In this document: one piece after another, positions 34,878-43,124 of the stretch
Numbering within the stretch: position 1 is the stretch's first letter
Layout of the letters: each line of letters begins with the position of its first letter
Origin: Nemertoderma westbladi
Lineage: Eukaryota > Animalia > Xenacoelomorpha
Length of the DNA: 43,124 nt
Assembly: GCA_032718475.1 (NCBI GenBank)
Contig: JAUCBJ010005950.1
Coordinates: 1-43,124, forward strand
Direction: 5' to 3'
Translations under genes and position numbers: made by a program
The notes under the pieces: model-generated
What the model saw: the letters and a program-made list of their open reading frames with translations, nothing else
What the model was told of the DNA's origin: nothing
Databases searched by the model: none

Positions 34878-35184
34878 TTTTGTCTCTAAAATAGCTGAGA
34901 TATAAGCGTTCCAAAGTTGTATGGTTTTGCACCTGTGCGAGGCTATTTTATTCTATTTAATAATAATTAGGGCCTACACCATATTCTGGAACCTTTTGTT
35001 TATGTATGAATAGCTACGCAATAGTATTATTAAAAGTATTTGGCATTGTTGTCCAGCTACGCAACGGATAAAGAAAATGTTCCAGAATATGGTATATGTA
35101 TTACAAGAATAATATAGACTCGCGCAGGTGCAAAACCATGCAACTTTTGAACGCTGCTCATATCTCAGATATTTTACGACAAAA
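34878..35184. mobile_element. ~300-bp imperfect foldback / MITE-like palindrome
   Basis: AGCGTTCCAAAGTTGTATGGTTTTGCACCTG pairs with CAGGTGCAAAACCATGCAACTTTTGAACGCT; inner CCATATTCTGGAAC / GTTCCAGAATATGG. Confidence 0.65.
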
Positions 35185-35670
35185 TTCAGATTGTCTTACA
35201 TATTTTAGGCCATGACCGTACTCCTAAGTCTAGATTAGTTATGTTTGTGTACTTGGCTGGATTTCCTCTACTTCTGGAGCCAGTCGGGGGTGTTACCACT
35301 ATCACATCTTCATTATAACGATCAAACAGCAGTACCATAATGTGAGAGGCCTGTACTGTACCGGTACTTTACAACAACTCGAAGTTAACGGCGTTTAGTG
35401 TTGGAAAATGTTGAAATTTTGAAATCAATTATGTAATCTTTCTTTTTGCATCCGAAATACTTGAAAATATTGAAAGTAATGAAAATATTTAATATAATAT
35501 ATTAAAACAATATATTTTTTACGCGTGTGAAGCAGTAGTGTATAAACCTCACCAGTTAGTTACTTTACTTCATACACAATATAAGTTAACAATATTAATA
35601 ATCAAATTATTGTAATAGGCCTACACAACACACTCTCTTACACAATAATTAATATTCAGCTCAGCTATCC

Positions 35671-38525
35671 ATGATGGCAGTACGTAATCACTATTTGGAG
35701 ATATTATCAGTGGTTGTGGTTCTCGGAGGGATAGTGTTGGGTGGGGTTGTTCAAAAAGAGCAACCAAGGAATCCCTATGCTGATATTATTATCTGGTGGG
35801 CGGTTAGTAGAACTTTTTATATAAAATATTTTTTGGAGAAAATTTGAATGAGTGACATATGCCAGCGAATATATAGGACTCTACAGGAAAATCTATCATT
35901 GTGAGTGAAATATTGAAACGAGGAACTGAAGTGTAATTTCAAACAATGTAAACTGTATTTTTTTAATTTTATTTCTAAATAAACATTGCCTTTCTTTACC
36001 GGATTATGAGGGAAGTTGCCGTATATCCCGGAGGGATATATAGAAAGCACTTTATTTCCCGGCCCAGGTGTTGGATTGTATGTGATTTAATTAAGGGGGG
36101 GGGGGGGGGGGAGGGTCACTAATTGACTGTAAATTTTCATCCTCTTATTTAGGAGACTGGACTTTATCCAAATTAATTGATTAATTAATTAATTGATGTT
36201 TTGCATACTTGTATACAGTAGGTGGATATAATTAATTTACATAATTTATGTAATTATTTTTTAAAATGCAAAGGAAGGATCTTAGATGGATGGTCTTCTA
36301 GTGTCCAAAATTTCATAATTTGTGCGCAATGGGGTCATGAAACGACTTTATTACCAGAATTTTGATAAAAGCTCATGTTCAAAAATTATTTGAAAGAAAC
36401 ATTTTTTTGCCACATTTTGCCTTTTTTTACCTAAATTTGACAATTTTTGACCTTTATTTCAGCAACCACAAACAAAATCAATCAAAACCAATCATTGTTT
36501 ATGTCATATTTCACGCGAATTCGTTCATTTATGGATAAGCCTTTCCAATTTGAAATTTATAAATTGCATTATTGCCAGAAAAAAAGCATTTTTAAAGTTT
36601 ATTGTTAGGATAATTAAATTAATTGAAATGTTAGAATACACACAACCCAGCTAAACATTTTGTTGCAAGGCTTTTCCGGGTCCGTGATTTTATTTCTGAA
36701 ATCAGTATTCTCATTTAACAGGGTCATATCTGTCTGAATTGCTGCCTGTCTGTCCATCAAAATATGACACAGCTGAACAGACAATTTGGATGAAAACTTT
36801 GAAACCCCCATAACCAATTTTTTAGCTAGTTGGTGTGCTTTCCTATTTCTTTGACAGACAAATCCCCGGACAGACACACAGTAGTAAGTTTTGTTAAAAG
36901 TGACAACTGACATCGGAAATCAGGATAACCCCCATGACAAAACTTTTATCTAGGATGAATGGTTTTTTTCATATTTTGACAGACAAACCGTCAGAAACAC
37001 AAACCCAGACAGACACTTTTCACAGACACTAACACAGAGTAGGCCTAAGGTTAACATTATAACTTTTGAACTACATTAGCTATTAATGGTTTGAAGTTTT
37101 GAAAATAAATCCTCTTAAATTATGTATAATTTGCAGAGTGAATGTCTAGTGCGGGAGTTTATTTATGTCGAGTGTTAATACTGTAAGGAATGCTATAAGC
37201 AATTTCATTTTCGTGTAATACGTAATTTTATTTATAAAATTGTACTTATTGACTGGGGCCACTGGGGGTAATGTGCGAAACGTTAGGGTTGATTCTAGAT
37301 TGTGAAGTATCATTAGGTCATGTTAGTGTATTGGCTTTACCTTTTATAAATAATTGATTTCTTTTAGAATGGGTCAGTCGCTGCTGAATTTTCTTATTGT
37401 GGAAGCGGAACGTATTGCACTTACGCGCAAATGTACGGAACAGGAGGAGGTACGTGAGGAATTACGTGTTACACTTATTAGGCAAAATAACATTATTGTT
37501 ACAAAATATTGGCTCTTTAGAAACTCTCACTTTAGACTCAGACTGATAATTTTTACAAATTGTTGTTGTTGTCGTTGTTTTGTCATGCTAATAACTTTGC
37601 ATAATTTAAAGCTATCAAGTTGAAAATGTGAACTACCAAGAGCTATCATTTTTGAGTGACTTTCAGACGACAACAAATCAATACCTTATCATCTACCGCT
37701 AGAGGGCTTTATGTCTAAACATTAAATGTGCCTCCAGTCCTTTACTTTTAATCCGTTAAAGCTGAAATTTTGCAGATATGTACTAGACAATTGGCAGTGT
37801 ATTCCGAAGGAGGACAATCTGCCTGTAGTTCTGTAGTCTGCCGATAAAGGGCAAAATGATTGAAAGTACAGTAAAGGGTCCACAGTTCCCAAGTCTACCG
37901 CAACGCTTGCGGAAGAAATGTCTAAAAGTGACAACCTTCCCCATTTCCTTGATCTTAACCTCTTTAAGCTGAATCTTGGAACCACATGCTGCGTCTTTGT
38001 GAGGGAGGTGATCGGTCTCAGTCCTCCAGGTATTCCGCGAGAAGGCGACAAGTCTAAAGACCTTCCGCAGTTTACTTGATTTTAATTAATCAGTTTAAGC
38101 TGATACCTGCGGATGGCAGATATAACGGTACCGGTACGGTACCGGCCAAACCATTATATTTTCTGCTTCTTTTTTCCGAACTCTAATCTACCCGCAGTTC
38201 TCCAGTCTACCAATAATAGTGGAACGGAGAATTGTCTGGAATGAAACCGTATTAATTGTTTATACTGCACGGTTGGCAGGCTTGTTGTTTGAAATGGAGC
38301 ACATTTTGTAAGTAGGTATGGTGAACCCAAGAGCTCTTAATGCACATCATTAGTAAGTATGCCTAAGCCTACATGTAGCCCTACATAATTTAGTTTCAGT
38401 TTTCTATTTTACCCCAACGTTTAGGAAGAAGGAAGCGGAATACGATTGATTTGCCCGATGGGGAATTTAATGACGGGAAGCAGATGATTGATTTGCGCAC
38501 TGGCGGGGACGGTGAAATTTATTGA
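35671..38525 (+). pseudogene. Copy B of the putative secreted precursor gene (C-terminally truncated; pseudogene or diverged paralogue)
   Basis: Exons 35671-35802, 37368-37449, 38425-38525 (plus candidate small exons 35887-35900, 37137-37182); RRKR kept, 33-bp in-frame deletion, then a frameshift giving early TGA. Confidence 0.55.
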
Positions 38526-38987
38526 TGCACAACACGATGGTGCCAAAGTGATCGTCGATGGTCCCAGTTGATAACAAATGAAAACCAAATCGTCTTCAAT
38601 AACATTGCTGAATTTACAGCGTGTTAACATTGTTTTAATAATGTCAGATAGGGTTGATATATTCTGTGCTGTAGGCATATGTTCTGTACATTAGATTTAC
38701 AGAATCAATAGAGTTAGTACAGGTGAAGGGGAAATTTGAATTATATATCTACTGAAAGAATAGGCCTATACATTCAATCATTTTAATTTCCAAGTGTTTC
38801 ACCCACCACCAGATACATTTCATTGCACTACAATAATAATGTTATAATTATAGACGTGGCCAGTGTGTATGATGGATGATATAGCGAGGAAATGGAGGTA
38901 ACACAGAAGCCGGAGCTAGAAGGTTGTTGCCTCTAGGGTGTTACGTGTTAGTAGTGATTATGTGAGTATGTGACAAGGATATGAATA

Positions 38988-39366
38988 GGGGCCGTCCAAG
39001 TATGACGTCAGCACTTTAGGGGGGGGGGGGGGTTGGGAAAATCTGATGACGTGCTGATGAGGGGAGGGGAGGGGGTCAGCCAAAATCTGACGTCAGCATG
39101 TTAATTTATAGGTGCTAGAAGAGATATAGCAGAAGAGTAAATAGCTTGCCTATTTTAATTGTTCGAAGCCCCCGAAGGCCCGTAGCACGACCTTCTGTTT
39201 CAGTTACCAGTCACCATGTTTCAGTGATTAGGACGCGAAAATTTTTTTAATCTGATTTAGGGGGGGGGGGGGGGGGGGTCAACGCCTATCTGATGACATC
39301 TGATTTAGGGGAGGTAGGGGGTCAACATTTTGGGGAAAAGTGCAGACGTCATACTTGGGTGGCCCC
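38988..39366. mobile_element. PIF/Harbinger (Tourist-like) MITE
   Basis: TIRs GGGGCCGTCCAAGTATGACGTCAGCACTTT / AAAGTGCAGACGTCATACTTGGGTGGCCCC; 3-bp TSD ATA. Confidence 0.8.
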
Positions 39367-40769
39367 ATATGAGTGAGGCCGAGGCGCCGAAAAGTTGTTA
39401 GTGAGTACAGTTTTTATATTAATCGAGAAACATTGAGCTGACTGACTTACGGCTTTTTATATTCAGACTTTGGTATGTTTATATCAGCATGTCAGGCCGC
39501 TGTAAGGCCGTGTATGCACGTAAACAGACCATGGCGAGCCGGGGGGGGGGGGGGGGGGGGGACCGCCCCGTGGCGCCCGCTCAAAGGGTGCCGCAGGCGC
39601 CCCTGTGGGATGAAACACGAAACGAAACCCAGGAAACCCATCCACAAGTTAATTCTATTTATAACTCCGTATTGTAAATGATATTAACGGGACAACTAAC
39701 TGGTGGAGAGAAATGAATAAGTTTGGGTAGTGCAATATACATGCAGTCATATACATATATATATATACATACACATATATACATATATATATATACATAC
39801 TGTATAAGTTTAAATTAAATAAAGAAAGTTAGGGAATATGACTGTAGGGTGTGAGATCAAGTTGTTTTAGTATAATAATATTTTAAGAATTCAAAAAGTG
39901 ACAACTTATATGATCAATCACTAAAAATTTATTTTTTTATTATTAGCTTTCGATAGCTCTCTCTATCCTTTTCAAACAAACGATATTCTAGAATTATTGC
40001 ACTACGTAGTCTTATCAACTCTCGCCCCGGAGCGCCACTATTCCTGGATACGCCACTGGAACTGATAACAGGAGGGAATATCTTAAAGCAGGAAAAATTG
40101 AGGTACTGTATAATACAGTGAACCTACCCAAAATCAGCAATTGTAAACATTGTAATACTTAGGGTATTTTTTTTTTTTTTATCTTTTAATAATAATATAT
40201 TATTTAAAATGGAGAAAAAGTGCGCTATACCGAAATGCCAAGGAAACTATTACCGTATGAGAGTGGAGTGGAGAGGTGGAGCGTCGTCCCAACACCGAAA
40301 CCGCCGCCACAACCAACCAGTGGATCGAGTGCTGCAGACAGGAGATCGCTCATAGGATGGCTAAAATGTCTGTCCTTATCTGATCTGACGGTATCTGACA
40401 CTTGTTCCACCTTATGTTGTGTTAATACGTATTAGTTTATACTTATATGAACAAGGTACGAAACGAGTACAGTATGTTTCGAGTTTTATAACGCCAATAA
40501 AACCAAAACGGTGACTCAGGATAAAACACAGGAATCACTATAGTAAATGCGCCCATGTGAAGTTTCACAGGATTCCATTTCCCAGCGAAAAAATATACAC
40601 ATCGGAAAGGAATGTGACCCATTCGCTATCATTATGGAACATTCCTATTTTCCCGTACTGCGCGAAGTCCTTTATTTTTTGAGGGTGATGATCTGTTGAT
40701 CAGTCAGTCGGACGGTTAGTAAGGTGGATGGGTGGGTGGATGGGAATGTGGGAAGGTGGCCGGATGGTT

Positions 40770-41050
40770 GTTTATTGTTTTGGTTAGAAAAAACAGCCTC
40801 TGTAACATTATCCTATCCCTCAATTGGTAGGTAACAAATTCGTTAATTGTTTTGGTTAGAAAAGCCAGATTATGTAAATAGCTTTATTCCTTAAATTGGT
40901 TACAACATCGATTATTGGTTTGGTTAGAAAATCCACCCCATATAACCTGCTCCTTTCCCTCAATTTGTAGGTAACAACATCGTTTATTGTTTTGGTTAGA
41001 AATTGCCGCCGCTGTAACCTGCTCTTTTCCTTCAATTGGAAGGTAACAGC
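40770..41050. repeat. Tandem array (~4 x 70 bp) of a short repeat also dispersed in the window
   Basis: TTATTGTTTTGGTTAGAA..CTGTAACCTGCTC; single copies at ~2440, ~8278, ~9031, ~17361. Confidence 0.8.
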
Positions 41051-42413
41051 GCTTATTGATTCCCACATTCCCATCCACCTTCCCATATTCCTTCATCGTT
41101 TGGGTATAAACTCCGATGTATCAGCTGGCAATCAGGGCAATATGGGTATGTTAAGTGTTTCGCCATATTTAGCAGTACAGAGATACCCCTTCCTGCCTTC
41201 CCTTTAGCGTAACAAACAAACAATAAATATTTTAAATGTAATATACTACGGGTAATAAGTATCATTATTTCATAATATTAATTATAATTAATATAATTAA
41301 CTTTAACTATTAATAATGATAACTATTAACAAGAAAGATTAGTAAAATATTGCAGCAAAGGCTGTATTGTTTTTAATAAATGTTTAATGTTTCAACACCA
41401 ACTAAATCGACGAAAGTTGTTTACATCTGAAACTATCCATCTTAGCTGGAGCAATCACGCAACTTTCATACCCGCCATCTTTCATCCTACGTACAGTATA
41501 TCGCCTTTTTAATACTGTAATATACAGTATAAAAACATGCCTTGCTGTAGGCCTATTGGCTGCATACCGGTATGCATGTACTGCTATGTCATATGATGAT
41601 ACAGTAATGAAAGTAACAGGGCAACCTGATCCCCTATTGGCTATTACTTAACAGACAGTTAGGTAAATACCATATATCTTTCTCCTGATTGGTTATAGGA
41701 TCAGATCAGATCAGATAAGTTCCATATCAGATAAGAAATTACAGCTTGCCAACACATTGTTACTTTAAGATCAGATAAGGACAGACGTTATATTCTACCT
41801 CGATCGCTCACTATACCCTGTAGATCCTTTTGTTGCCTTCTCAGTTCCGGACGCTCTCGGTCAGTCGGTTCAGTAGAGGAACTCCTAGAAGCAGGTCAAA
41901 AATTGTCGGATTTTATTTACTCGGATTGAAGAAAATCTAATCTAAACTGAACTGAGAAATATAGTTTTCAAACACAAAAGAAACATCTTTTGGATGAAGC
42001 CGTTGGTCAGTTAACTACGCTTAATAAGACACCGTGACATAAAGAAAGAGGAGATAATAATGCGAAACATGGAGTTCATCGGATTTCGTTATTTAGTTTA
42101 ATTTCGATATTAAGTTAAATAGTATTTGTTTGTTAATAGAATGAGTAAAACCAATATTAGACTTAGCTATTTTCATTTAATTTCATTCATCCGGTTTTGT
42201 TCGCCCCGGTGGCTTTATTGAGTAAAATAAATAAAATCGATATAAAATATCAGTAAAACAACATAAAATGGGAAGCTGACACAGAAGCTACAGTAAAATA
42301 AAGCTAAAATTTAATATGCGAGTCAATTATAATTATTAATATGGCTAATTACTGTACCTGTCCGGTCCGTGTCCTGTTGATCTGAGCTCTCCAGTTAGAA
42401 TCATAAATCAGTA

Positions 42414-42834
42414 AGGCCCCCCTCACACGGAGCAACTTGTTTCTGCAACTTGTTTCTGAAACTTGTTGCTGGACCCCCTCACACACAGAAACAAGTTTCT
42501 GCAACTTGTTTCAGCAACTTGTTGCTGGACCCCCTCACGCACAGAAACTTGTTGCTCAAGAAAAACAATTATTTCAAAACAAATAGCTAACATGTCCAGT
42601 GATTTATATATAATATCAAAACACTCAATTTATCGAATATTAGCTCTAATATAAAAATTGGATGTAAAAAGGGTTTTTAAAAAAGTCGCTGGGAATATAA
42701 TTTCCAGCAACTTGTTGCTGGACCCCCTCACACACAGAAATAAGTTTCGGAAACAAGTTGCAGAAACTTGTTGCTGGAGTCCTCACACACAGAAACAAGT
42801 TGCAGAAACAAGTTGCTCCGTGTGAGGGGGGCCT
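42414..42834. mobile_element. MITE with long repeat-containing TIRs (probably PIF/Harbinger)
   Basis: AGGCCCCCCTCACACGGAGCAACTTGTTTCTGCAACTTGTTTCTG and its perfect reverse complement, flanked by TA; internal CTGGACCCCCTCACACACAGAAA subrepeats. Confidence 0.85.
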
Positions 42835-43124
42835 TATGCACTGCTTACGAAGTATGAATTTCCCTTCCGCCGAGTTAAGTAGACGTAAAATACAGAAATA
42901 TATAGGTAGATAAAGTGGTCCCTTAAGGTTAGGCTGAATTTTGGAATATCTCGAAAACACGTTTTTAAATTGTACTGGTATGTTATAACGATGTTAATTT
43001 TGGTAATCCTAATTCCCAGGAATCGATATTTGTATTTATAGCTAACAACTCTATGGTAGGAATAGTATGGGAGAAATAAATATTATTCTAGAATAATTAA
43101 CTTGATATGAATCATTTGCCTCCA

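Overview
AT-rich, transposon-saturated eukaryotic (animal, probably invertebrate) genomic DNA, not prokaryotic. One clear host gene: a two-pore channel 2 (TPCN2-like) in only two coding exons (17894-18889, 19720-20994, +). A probable small multi-exon secreted precursor gene (signal peptide, Cys-containing segment, G-RRKR cleavage site, acidic tail) is present twice through a local segmental duplication (~25.7-28.3 kb and ~35.6-38.7 kb). The first 16.7 kb is three almost abutting long-TIR DNA elements: a 9-bp-TSD MULE-like element holding a dead Penelope RT, an 8-bp-TSD foldback element with satellite arms, and a 9.7-kb CAG..CTG element with a 5-bp TSD. The last of these contains a nested 8-bp-TSD element, a CsRn1-type Gypsy retrotransposon and an ISL2EU derivative. 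Other content: Kolobok-type, RTE, RTE-X-like and BEL/Pao remnants, several MITEs and a 32-bp minisatellite resembling arrayed CTCF sites. The most unusual signal is a set of at least 11 NNNNN-CAG/CTG-NNNNN scars that look like excision footprints of a 5-bp-TSD, CAG-ended transposon family, of which the 9.7-kb element appears to be a member. All calls were made by eye, without database searches.
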